Below, piece by piece: positions 38,001 through 46,014 of a DNA stretch of 53,781 nt. A program made the position numbers and the translations under genes. Within the stretch, counting starts at the first letter, position 1; each line of letters opens with the position of its first letter. Origin of the DNA: a virus (Duplodnaviria > Caudoviricetes); IMG/VR virus record IMGVR_UViG_3300020464_000005, positions 1-53,781 of that record, one strand, 5' to 3'. The notes beneath the pieces are model-generated. The model was not told the DNA's origin and searched no databases. It saw nothing but the letters and a program-made list of their open reading frames with translations.

Positions 38001-39878
38001 TTTATAGATATATTATCAGCAGAGTTAGATCCGTCTAGACCTCTTCAAGGTATGGTAAAAGATGGCATATCAAGTGGAGATTTAAGTAGTTTATCTAAAT
38101 CATTTAGCCGAAAAGCATCAGAACTTTTTGATGAGTATAATTTTCCAAGAGAAGCGATGCAAGCAGAGGTAAAAGGAAAAACAGGGTTTGATCCTAAAAA
38201 AGATTCTCATCTTTTGTATCATATAATGACAGATCCTAGTTCTGAATTTTACGAAGATGGAAAGGATTTAGCAGTTGAAATAAATTTTGAAGACATGTAT
38301 AAATTATCATCTGCTATATCTAGAAAAGCATTTGATTACTCTTCTACTAAAACAGGTATACCTGCAGGATCTGTATCTGCAACTTATCAAAACTTAACGG
38401 CTCGTGCAAATAACATATTTGATAACTTTGTTACACAAACTGGTGTAGACGCTAATGGACAGCCTATCTTTGAATCACTACCAGAGTTAAGAACTGATGT
38501 AGAAAATTTAAAACAATTTTATAGAGAGAATGTAGCCAATGTTCTATACTCTGAAAATAGTTTATTTATGGAATGGTTGCCAGCAGATAGATCTGCAACA
38601 CTTTCACAACTTGATCCGACAGGATTATCATACAAGAAACCTTCTTCTAGATGGATTAACATGAATGAGATTGCAGAAGGAGATGCTGACGTATTTAAAG
38701 ATAAACTATCGAGAGCGTTTGGTGAGTTGCAAGATGGAGAGTATAAAGTAGACACTTACAAATATAAAGGACTTTCTGCTGTTTTAGATTTTAAAATAAA
38801 AGAGTGGATACAAGAACAAAGAGTTGCAGGAAAAACTATTGATGAAGTTAATGATGGGATTAAAAACATAGCAAATACTTTTCATGTTAGACAAAATGAT
38901 TTTTTAGTTGATCCTAATGATTACGTAGGATCAAATGGATTTTTTAGTTTAGGTCAACAACGTTTAAGACATAAAGACATTGACATAGAAGCAAAAAAAG
39001 CTGAAACGATAATTGATGATGCTTTTAATGGTCAAATAAAACCGATAAGAGAACAAGTTGAAAGAGAAGAAAAAAATCTTTTAGCATTACGAAAATTAAT
39101 CGGTGAAGAAATGGGAGAAACAGGGAGCATAGGAACTGAAGAAGATTTCTTTAACCTTATTGTTGGAAACAAAGTTAGAGGAGAAGAAGTCCTTGAAAGA
39201 TTTAAAAATGTATTTGATGGAACACCAGAAGAATTTGAAGATGTTACAAGAAAAATACTATCTCAATATATAGGCGATCAAGTCTATAGCAAAACAGCAA
39301 TGAAAATTACAGGTATTAAAGATGCAGGAACAATAGAAGTTTTTGATATTAACTTTGATAAACTTGAAGAAATACTAACGACAAACCCTGCAACATTAGA
39401 AAAAGTTTTAGGCACAGAACACTATGAAACTTTAAAAGATATAGCATCATATATGAAATTGTACGATGCAAAGTACAACCAATCAAGAACTGCACTAACA
39501 AGTGTTCCAAGAGCTTTATCTGTTGAAAGTTGGATTAGCCGTATGTACAGTATAAATAGAGAAGTTGTATCTCCTCGATATGTTGCAACTGAAGCGGCCG
39601 TACAACAGTTTAGATTACGAAACATGAAATTACTTCAAGCTATAATTCAAGATAAAGAAGTTGCACAACTTTTTGGTGAGATGATAGAAACAGGTAGACC
39701 TCTTAGCCCTGAAAAGAATAAAAGATTTTTTAATGCTCTTTTAGTAGCGACAGCAAGGTATGGTTCACAAGAAGATTATTCAGCACCAGATCTGTACCAA
39801 ATACCTATGGAAGGAGTTAAATTTAAAGTGCAAGAAAAATACGGAAAAGAATTAAAATTTTTGGGAATAATAGATTAA
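35010..39878 (+). CDS. Very large putative internal virion protein (1622 aa)
   Basis: Last large late gene, position analogous to T7 gp16; no catalytic motif recognised. Confidence 0.6.
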   Translation: MVNYTQKAGDYLINNARLGKTNTKQYKTILDFYSKQPDKDTSLLNKISPAPVKEKQQFNPLQQAIAGNVPLFDSGIKITDKPSVDTPPLTALREKTGDFFRDFRATNPIMGVLGLDYPAISEISPTGETTAVKKFVKPAIQVKDTALFSGVLKSDQEMQKSFNKDLSGFTSKDGSRKYEFTPNMSLNKKMEMIDKFDGRTLVFADGQTQNIEFEKTKINTILGEKTLDKPVSFLEAEKIKADTSFFSTSTPTELLTYALLNPDSKLYSNIAPKFTNIPIFGDVFPYGSKRIDNLLDSLDENLKGDPKIAAFLAQEVGSGRLGRRKLSSRFTNLLQAGGSGLLFLYGEGTQFLKDSLNKLPQFEIDTFGGLETPEQREAFLTRYFPSMAKDFHMYIQSRGINDISLEDAEAILYFDNNVVERALGIGVEGLIPGTALARITAGMSAATGKAFTGYLKQYGNKFESLDEAVEGFVTNKFVTNKYGELIGPRKKFFPKFREGLQRGRLANTVQMWQSTLPLKKRTEYKSAVQARDSILSKIASEQPTAGSQRARDLNRQLFQANEKIVAAEAFSNVAPFLRELGMAEARVVLYGAAGGQVAQEFNFDPVFGEIFGVVHGGIIAPIADNIPYLKHAFILNPDSTVKKAYDMAHYHTLYALERIPGSGFSPGDLLSESINFASQKGLEQFTDILARSDPELIQSVTQRVSLLNKYKKRLISKGMPEKTFNMTLAKLTGLAVLEAFDATYGNAISAAETLTVKGMNDLQEGSAIRKRLVTELRTLMDDLAPQTMDPEMGSDLAVFTTQIENGIKAQETKIKTINGLIAQAASNKQAIIMTNYLSGIKLGDTKKQDIQVMIDELYGLTQVKLGPDATAEQLYKETLSISYTLERQIKNEVDDLIKSFNSKENRDIFTNELFKIPKIQKLLKKEITNVDSAVTSYATRTRIAKNKITKRVVSDRINKLLEVSMEARRGEIAQRGSVPFSNINKKYENATGNATEFFIDILSAELDPSRPLQGMVKDGISSGDLSSLSKSFSRKASELFDEYNFPREAMQAEVKGKTGFDPKKDSHLLYHIMTDPSSEFYEDGKDLAVEINFEDMYKLSSAISRKAFDYSSTKTGIPAGSVSATYQNLTARANNIFDNFVTQTGVDANGQPIFESLPELRTDVENLKQFYRENVANVLYSENSLFMEWLPADRSATLSQLDPTGLSYKKPSSRWINMNEIAEGDADVFKDKLSRAFGELQDGEYKVDTYKYKGLSAVLDFKIKEWIQEQRVAGKTIDEVNDGIKNIANTFHVRQNDFLVDPNDYVGSNGFFSLGQQRLRHKDIDIEAKKAETIIDDAFNGQIKPIREQVEREEKNLLALRKLIGEEMGETGSIGTEEDFFNLIVGNKVRGEEVLERFKNVFDGTPEEFEDVTRKILSQYIGDQVYSKTAMKITGIKDAGTIEVFDINFDKLEEILTTNPATLEKVLGTEHYETLKDIASYMKLYDAKYNQSRTALTSVPRALSVESWISRMYSINREVVSPRYVATEAAVQQFRLRNMKLLQAIIQDKEVAQLFGEMIETGRPLSPEKNKRFFNALLVATARYGSQEDYSAPDLYQIPMEGVKFKVQEKYGKELKFLGIID

Positions 39879-39887
39879 GGAGAACAT

Positions 39888-40073
39888 ATGAAAACATATT
39901 ACAACGGACCACGACAAAGAATGATGTATGGTGGCATGAGTATGGGAACAACTCTTGGTAGTACAATGGGGCAAAAAGATCAGATGAAATCTAATCGTAT
40001 GCGAACTACTATGGGAAACAACCCAATGATGCAACCCATGAAGTATGGTGGCAAAAAACAGAAAAAAAAGTAG
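39888..40073 (+). CDS. Met-rich basic peptide with MMYGG and MKYGG
   Basis: AAGGAG SD; 61 aa. Confidence 0.7.
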   Translation: MKTYYNGPRQRMMYGGMSMGTTLGSTMGQKDQMKSNRMRTTMGNNPMMQPMKYGGKKQKKK

Positions 40074-40101
40074 ACTTTACAAAAAAAGTCTGCGTATAAA
40101 C

Positions 40102-40175
40102 GTGCTGAGAGGGGTAGAACTATAGTCTCTAGTGTATATGTACCAGAGAAATAGCTTTACCCCTCTCAGTGTTTT
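40102..40175. other. Long imperfect hairpin between convergent operons
   Basis: CTGAGAGGGGTA (40105-40116) / TACCCCTCTCAG (40158-40169) plus inner CTAT/ATAG and TCTCT/AGAGA pairs. Confidence 0.7.
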
Positions 40176-40182
40176 AAGAACG

Positions 40183-40359
40183 TTACTGTTTAGATTTGTC
40201 TATTTTTAACTGGTCAAGTTCCTTTTTCATCTGCATATTTTCATTTAAAAGGGATGTAACCACATTTAACAACGTTACTTTCTCTTCCGAGCCTATAATC
40301 ATGGTCTTTATATCTTCATAAGTCATGCCCGGCTTCATTTCTTTTGTTTTTTCAGCCAT
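40183..40359 (-). CDS. Small coiled-coil hypothetical protein
   Basis: GAGGTG SD before ATG 40359. Confidence 0.55.
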   Translation of the reverse strand: MAEKTKEMKPGMTYEDIKTMIIGSEEKVTLLNVVTSLLNENMQMKKELDQLKIDKSKQ

Positions 40360-40366
40360 ATTCACC

Positions 40367-40591
40367 TCAATGTGTATATATTGTTGATTTGTTTAGCATC
40401 TCATCACCAGTTACTTTTAAGTAACGAACTAGAGATGCAAGTTTAAATGTGCCTTCATATTCTGGAAGACCTCTTTCCATGACCCTAATAAGTTCTTCTG
40501 GGTCTACAGATTCCATACGTATATCTACTTTACCATCTTGGTTAAGATATGCTTTAAACGAAAATAATTCGGCTAATCTATTCTGTGCCAT
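40367..40591 (-). CDS. Hypothetical protein
   Basis: 74-aa ORF packed in the operon. Confidence 0.6.
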   Translation of the reverse strand: MAQNRLAELFSFKAYLNQDGKVDIRMESVDPEELIRVMERGLPEYEGTFKLASLVRYLKVTGDEMLNKSTIYTH

Positions 40592-41063
40592 AAACTGTAT
40601 CCAACTGATGTATCTTTACGTTGTAGCAGTCAGCTTTAAATCGAAACTTATTATCAGGATCGAGTTCACCTTTCTTATGATATTTTGCTTTCTCAAAGTA
40701 TTCATCTTTCATTATTTTTCCCAATATCCAAGCTTTTGAGAAATCATTTAACACACGAACAAATACATACATATCACATTTTTGTTTTGTTCCGTGAGCT
40801 GCAATACTGCAGTCATAATTTACTTTGGGTTCAGAGTTGCAACGTTTTGTTTTAACATCGATTTTGTTGCCGACCTTATCAACTATATCATAATCATATG
40901 TGTTCTGTTCTTTTGCACCTATGTAATCCGTTACAACTATCTCTCCGATAAACCCAGCAAGGTTGCCCCCACCATTTGTAATAGAGTTTGCTATGCGACC
41001 CATATCAATAGCTTTCTTTCTTGCTCTGATAAACTGATCACCAGAAACTTCTAATTCTATCAT
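40578..41063 (-). CDS. Putative PD-(D/E)XK-fold protein
   Basis: GFIGE, YDYD, IDVKTK, DMYVFV. Confidence 0.55.
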   Translation of the reverse strand: MIELEVSGDQFIRARKKAIDMGRIANSITNGGGNLAGFIGEIVVTDYIGAKEQNTYDYDIVDKVGNKIDVKTKRCNSEPKVNYDCSIAAHGTKQKCDMYVFVRVLNDFSKAWILGKIMKDEYFEKAKYHKKGELDPDNKFRFKADCYNVKIHQLDTVYGTE

Positions 41064-42994
41064 GCAACTTCCCCAATATCTACAACTTCACATGCATCAG
41101 ATGTACATGCCAGTTCTCGACTTCCTGTTGTACCATCTTCTTTTTCATATATAGATAACTTAGTAAAGTCAATTCTTTTCGGTGTTTTTAACAATGCAGA
41201 TAAATATTCTGCTTTCGTACAATCCTGATAAGGTGCTTGCTGATAGACGTGATCATCATATGGTAGAAAAGATATACCAGATATTATATCAAAGTTTTCA
41301 TATACCCATGCACCTACATCCATCCACTCATCTTCTTTCACTGTAACAGTTATAGATGGTTTGTGTTCACACCAATGTTGTGCATATATTTTCCATAACT
41401 CTAACTGTTCAATGGCTAATATATTTTTTCGTACGATGGCATTTTTTGGTGACATTGTAGGGAATGAAAATATTGTTGTGTACTCAGGTTTTATTATATC
41501 AGGTTCGTTTATTACTCCTTCATCTTTCATAAGTTTTGTAAGAGGATCATTGTTGTCTGCTCTTACTGTTCTTATGTAATACTCACTATGTCTTGCATGT
41601 ATACCACTGGCTGAATTAGTCAGCTGCGACACAGTGCCTGAGGGTTTTACACAAGTTATCGCTGCACTCTGAGGGATACCCAGTAGTTTTGCATACTTTT
41701 GATTTGTAAGGACTGCGTGGTCTTTCATTTCTTTTAACCATCTTGTAGAATCTGTAGTTTTTGATAAAACTGGATGATCCATTATACCAGTTAATGATAC
41801 TCCTAATAATCTTTCTTCCTCTGTGTTTTGTTTCCATATCTTCCTCAAATATTTAAAGTTAGTTAATGTTGATTGAAATGTTCCTAGTATGGTAGCCATA
41901 CGAACTTTTTCTTTTAAATCTTGTAATGTGTCTTCACTACGAACAATTACCTCTGACAAGTTACAAAACTGATATGGTCTAAGTATTATTTCAGAACAAG
42001 GGTTTGTACCCCAAGCATGTCCTGTTTCTCTACGACCATTCCGTGCAACTTGTTTGTCTGATGCTTCACGGTTAAACATGCCACGTTCACCAGACTTTGA
42101 TTCGTACAGAGATACCCACTCACGCATGAATGTACCCATTTCTGGTTTATTCTTGTAGGACACACTATTATTCGCCAAAGAACGTTGTTTTTCTGTGTCA
42201 TACCAATTACCAGATTTAGCGTGTCGCATCTGGTCATCCCCTAAATTAGATAAACTGATCAGTGCTGAACGTCTAACACCACCAACTACAACAACCTGTC
42301 CGACTTTACACATAATGTCGTGACATTCTATTGGATATAGTTTGCGGCCACTAGCTTTTTTAAAAGTATTTATTGTAAAATCAAATAGTTCTACAAGAGG
42401 TTCTGGTCCTGATGCCCTGCCACCCATAACCTTTAGTTTTGCTCCTGCAGGTCTAACAGATGACACATCCCATGTGGGAATCTGCCCAGAGTATAGTAGT
42501 GCAACCAACTCTTTGTAGGACTTTGCCCATCCCATACGACTATCTGCAACTGTAATAACTGTATCGCTGCGATGAAAGTTCTCTGCAATGATTGGTAACT
42601 TATCTACATTCTCTCGCTCTACCGAGAATCCAACACCTGTACCACACATGAGGATATACATACACTCATCAAACGCTCTAGGGTGATCAACAGGAATGTA
42701 ACTACAATTATATCCACAAATATTATCTCTCTCTAATGCTTCCCCGGCAGTCATCATTGCTCTCATGGAAGGCATTACCTTTAGATCTAATATGTGTTGT
42801 CGTAATGCAGGATACAAGCCTATGTTGTGACTTTCTATATCAAAATCATACTCTTTCTTTACGTGTTCAGTAATATAATCTAAATACCTGTCAACTGTTT
42901 CATCCCAATTTTCTCGTTTCTTTTTATCTTCATTCCAACGAGCATAGCGTGATTTATGTATAAAGTCTTGATATGGTGTAGGTAGATTTTTCAT
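41060..42994 (-). CDS. nrdJ: Class II (B12-dependent) ribonucleotide reductase
   Basis: MPSMR, YNCSY, GGVRRSA, TNPCSEI, VKPSGTVSQL, C-terminal ACTSDACE; no beta subunit gene seen. Confidence 0.9.
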   Translation of the reverse strand: MKNLPTPYQDFIHKSRYARWNEDKKKRENWDETVDRYLDYITEHVKKEYDFDIESHNIGLYPALRQHILDLKVMPSMRAMMTAGEALERDNICGYNCSYIPVDHPRAFDECMYILMCGTGVGFSVERENVDKLPIIAENFHRSDTVITVADSRMGWAKSYKELVALLYSGQIPTWDVSSVRPAGAKLKVMGGRASGPEPLVELFDFTINTFKKASGRKLYPIECHDIMCKVGQVVVVGGVRRSALISLSNLGDDQMRHAKSGNWYDTEKQRSLANNSVSYKNKPEMGTFMREWVSLYESKSGERGMFNREASDKQVARNGRRETGHAWGTNPCSEIILRPYQFCNLSEVIVRSEDTLQDLKEKVRMATILGTFQSTLTNFKYLRKIWKQNTEEERLLGVSLTGIMDHPVLSKTTDSTRWLKEMKDHAVLTNQKYAKLLGIPQSAAITCVKPSGTVSQLTNSASGIHARHSEYYIRTVRADNNDPLTKLMKDEGVINEPDIIKPEYTTIFSFPTMSPKNAIVRKNILAIEQLELWKIYAQHWCEHKPSITVTVKEDEWMDVGAWVYENFDIISGISFLPYDDHVYQQAPYQDCTKAEYLSALLKTPKRIDFTKLSIYEKEDGTTGSRELACTSDACEVVDIGEVA

Positions 42995-42996
42995 GT

Positions 42997-43236
42997 TTAA
43001 TTTTTTCCTTTCAGTTCCTCTTCCATTTTTAATTCTATTAGTTTTTGTAAGTACCATTCAGCTTTACGTAAATCTTCTACAGGCTTACCTTTGTATCTAT
43101 ATCTCCATAGATATTTAATTATTACCCCCTGTAGATAATATTCAAAGCCACTGTTTGTTGCTGATTCGATAGCATCAATACATTCTACTTTATCTTGGTT
43201 ATAGTGTGGTGGTTGATTAACCATATCTTTTTTCAT
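42997..43236 (-). CDS. DUF3310 / T7 gp1.7-like protein
   Basis: VNQPPHY, ECIDAI, IKYLWRY, EDLRKAEWYL. Confidence 0.8.
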   Translation of the reverse strand: MKKDMVNQPPHYNQDKVECIDAIESATNSGFEYYLQGVIIKYLWRYRYKGKPVEDLRKAEWYLQKLIELKMEEELKGKN

Positions 43237-43526
43237 TGTTTTGCTCCAAAGTCTACTTTAATTACATTATCTTCTACAGGAATATAATCTTTATTTTTTA
43301 TTCGTATTAATCCTAATTTTAAAATTGAACTTAAATCTATTTCCATCATTTCTAATATACCTTCCTGTGTTATTGCAGCAACACAAGGAAGTTCACCTTC
43401 TTTGTATGAACTGGTTGTATCATACGCAGTCAATGTAAATGTATCATCATCCATTTTATGTAGTATTATGTAGTATCTATCTTTCAACAGTGTCAGCTTT
43501 TCTATTTCTTTTTCTTTATCACTCAT
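43233..43526 (-). CDS. Hypothetical protein
   Basis: ATGA-type overlaps; C-terminal NVIKVDFG. Confidence 0.65.
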   Translation of the reverse strand: MSDKEKEIEKLTLLKDRYYIILHKMDDDTFTLTAYDTTSSYKEGELPCVAAITQEGILEMMEIDLSSILKLGLIRIKNKDYIPVEDNVIKVDFGAKQ

Positions 43527-43884
43527 TTTTTAACCACTCCCTTGGTACAGTTTTTTCTGCCCAATCAAACCCATGCCTGTTGCACCAATCACCGTAGGTT
43601 GTTTTACTACTCTTATATAATTTATTTTTTGCATTTGCAAATACAAACCTAATATCACATTCCGGGTGTTGTTGTTTGACAAGTAACATTTTAGATCTAT
43701 CCTCACGTGTTAAATGACCTTTTGCTTCTATGTATATATTTGTTTCTGGTATATAAAAGTCTGGTGTGTAGTGTCTAACCTTTGGAACATATGGTAACTT
43801 AATTGTTTCATATTGAAACTTAGCTCCTTCTTGTACCATTTTAACGGCTACGATTTTTTCAAACTGTGATCTGTATACTGACAT
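43519..43884 (-). CDS. T7 endonuclease I-like Holliday junction resolvase
   Basis: YRSQFE, YTPDF, IEAKG, DIRFVF, TTYGDW. Confidence 0.9.
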   Translation of the reverse strand: MSVYRSQFEKIVAVKMVQEGAKFQYETIKLPYVPKVRHYTPDFYIPETNIYIEAKGHLTREDRSKMLLVKQQHPECDIRFVFANAKNKLYKSSKTTYGDWCNRHGFDWAEKTVPREWLKNE

Positions 43885-44267
43885 TACGAGAATGTCTCCC
43901 TTATGTATTCCATTCTTTTTGATAACATTTTTGCCACTTCTGGGGAACGTTTTTCTAAAATCTCTAGCTCCCTTTGAAAAGGTGAAATCGGTAGGCATAT
44001 AACAGTTTGACTCCATAAATAATCATTAATCTTTTTAAATTGTTTCAGCAACAAACTCTTATCTCGTGACTGTGTTTCTTCTCGTAGATAGCCATCATCT
44101 GTATAGTTCTCACGCAACGTTATGGGGATGCCTTTGAGATGACCTCTCAACACGGCTATCATCCTACCACCACCAAACTCTTTATGTGACTCAACATATA
44201 GAAAAGCAACATGTGGGTTTATTGTAATAAATTCTAAATCATAATCATCTGTATATACTAATGGCAT
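43884..44267 (-). CDS. Hypothetical protein
   Basis: GAGGAG SD; coupled at both ends by TAATG. Confidence 0.65.
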   Translation of the reverse strand: MPLVYTDDYDLEFITINPHVAFLYVESHKEFGGGRMIAVLRGHLKGIPITLRENYTDDGYLREETQSRDKSLLLKQFKKINDYLWSQTVICLPISPFQRELEILEKRSPEVAKMLSKRMEYIRETFS

Positions 44268-45145
44268 TATATACTCCTCTGTACATATCGTGTATACCAA
44301 ACTTGTGGTGGAGATTTTGCTTTTGATGTTACACGACTTTCAAGCCTTGCATCCTGCCAACAGTGTTTTTTATATTCACAGAAAGAACAAAGCTTTGGCA
44401 TAAGTCTATTCTTTGTACGTACAATCTCCCCATCTTTCTTGTATGTTTCCCAATCATCTTTAAGTTTTGCTTTCTTAAAGTCTGCTCTTTTAACAACTCT
44501 GATAATATCTTCAGCTTGTTGCAAAACTCTCTTTCGTTCAGATCCATCATCTTCTGGTGCATCTACAACTGCCCACTCTCCTGTTGACTTGTTGATGACA
44601 ATCCAACCACCAAAAGGAAGATTGTTTGCTTCACCATACAGATGCCCTTGTACTATATATCCAAACGCATCATCTTCTTTTATCTTATCATATCCATTGC
44701 CAAACTTATGATCAAACGAGTATGGAGATGCTGACTTTATATCCCATACTTTCTTTGTTCCGTTTTCATCAATAATTACATCAAGTGTGCCTTTTATATT
44801 TTCTTTATCTAACACAAGTGAACATGATTTTTGTTCGGCAACTACATCAATTCCTGCGGCCTTGATTACAAGCATAGCGACTGCTTCGATCAAATCACCG
44901 AACAGAAATCTCATTATGTCGTTGTAGGAACTTTCTTTAGAATACTTTTGCATCATAAGTATCTGTTGGCAAACAGGTCTACCTATGCCAGACATTCTTA
45001 AACTAACATCATCTCTACGACTAAACTGTTTTCGTATAGCCGTTTCGCATGAATCCTTGAACTCTTGAATAAGATGATCAGGGAGTTCAATTTCTCCCTG
45101 ACCAGCTTTATCTAAAAACTCCTGTATACTAACCAGTAGCAGCAT
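44267..45145 (-). CDS. Cas4-like PD-(D/E)XK exonuclease
   Basis: GTLD..WDIKS, QGHLY; Cys in GRPVC plus CSFCEYKKHC (Fe-S staple pattern). Confidence 0.8.
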   Translation of the reverse strand: MLLLVSIQEFLDKAGQGEIELPDHLIQEFKDSCETAIRKQFSRRDDVSLRMSGIGRPVCQQILMMQKYSKESSYNDIMRFLFGDLIEAVAMLVIKAAGIDVVAEQKSCSLVLDKENIKGTLDVIIDENGTKKVWDIKSASPYSFDHKFGNGYDKIKEDDAFGYIVQGHLYGEANNLPFGGWIVINKSTGEWAVVDAPEDDGSERKRVLQQAEDIIRVVKRADFKKAKLKDDWETYKKDGEIVRTKNRLMPKLCSFCEYKKHCWQDARLESRVTSKAKSPPQVWYTRYVQRSI

Positions 45146-45980
45146 CGAAGTCTTTGGAGAGATCTGAATCTTCTTGAGACACATTACCCTTCAAAGCTTC
45201 GTTATGTTGTCTTATAACATTAGCATTGGCAGCATCGATAGAGTCCTTGAACATTCGTATTAAATTTTTATCCTCATCGGATAGAGAAGTCAAAGACTTA
45301 CCTTCAGTAGGTACTGGTACAAAAAACGTAACAGAACCTTTCTTCATTTTAGAAGTTTTAAGATCAATCCAAATTCTTTGCATGATCTTTTTCTGTTTAT
45401 TCAAACCGTTAATAAAGTTGTTTATCGGCATGAATCCAGACTTTTTAAAGTAACTGATGATGGGTAGGTTATCGAGTTCTACCTCGTTACCATCTGCATC
45501 TTTCATCTTACCAGACACGACCCCATAAATTACTTGATTACATGTGACTGCTTTAGATGTAATCAAACGAGGATCATCTTCTGCAAGAGTCTCAGCTTCT
45601 TCTTTCATTAGGCGACCACATCTATTACCACCTATTGTATCAGCAAAGTCTCCAGACAAACTCGCTTTTTGGACTGAATTGCAAATAGGTCTACCCTCAT
45701 CTGCATCAAAAAGCGACCACATGAAAGACCTCATAAACACCCTCAACTTGACCTCTGGTGCGTACAAGTATCGCCCTTCATGCCAGACTCTCCAATCCCC
45801 CTTCTTCAAAGATTGTCCAGAGTCCGTTTCCGTTTCATAGTTAATAGCCAATTTAGATAACTCATCTCTGGGTTGTCCATCATCTTGACCTGTTAATGCC
45901 ATTAGAGCTTTATCATCATCATTCTCTAATGCCGTGACCATCTTATCGAACTGGTCATTAATCGTTGCTAAATTATTTAT
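45129..45980 (-). CDS. Putative ssDNA-binding protein; probable ATA start at 45980 (first ATG at 45941)
   Basis: Between PolA and exonuclease; acidic tail; AAGGAG 8 nt before an in-frame ATA. Confidence 0.65.
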   Translation of the reverse strand: MNNLATINDQFDKMVTALENDDDKALMALTGQDDGQPRDELSKLAINYETETDSGQSLKKGDWRVWHEGRYLYAPEVKLRVFMRSFMWSLFDADEGRPICNSVQKASLSGDFADTIGGNRCGRLMKEEAETLAEDDPRLITSKAVTCNQVIYGVVSGKMKDADGNEVELDNLPIISYFKKSGFMPINNFINGLNKQKKIMQRIWIDLKTSKMKKGSVTFFVPVPTEGKSLTSLSDEDKNLIRMFKDSIDAANANVIRQHNEALKGNVSQEDSDLSKDFDAATG

Positions 45981-46014
45981 TTTAATTTCTCCTTTTAAAA
46001 AGTTAGCGATAAAT

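Noticed and set aside
43884-44267. Macro-like fold assignment for the 127-aa ORF
   Set aside because: Only faint resemblance (NPHVAFLY, GGG, GIP); not supportable without a profile search.
44267-45145. Cas4-like gene as evidence of a CRISPR system
   Set aside because: No repeat-spacer array or other cas genes were seen; solo Cas4-like nucleases are normal in phage replication modules.
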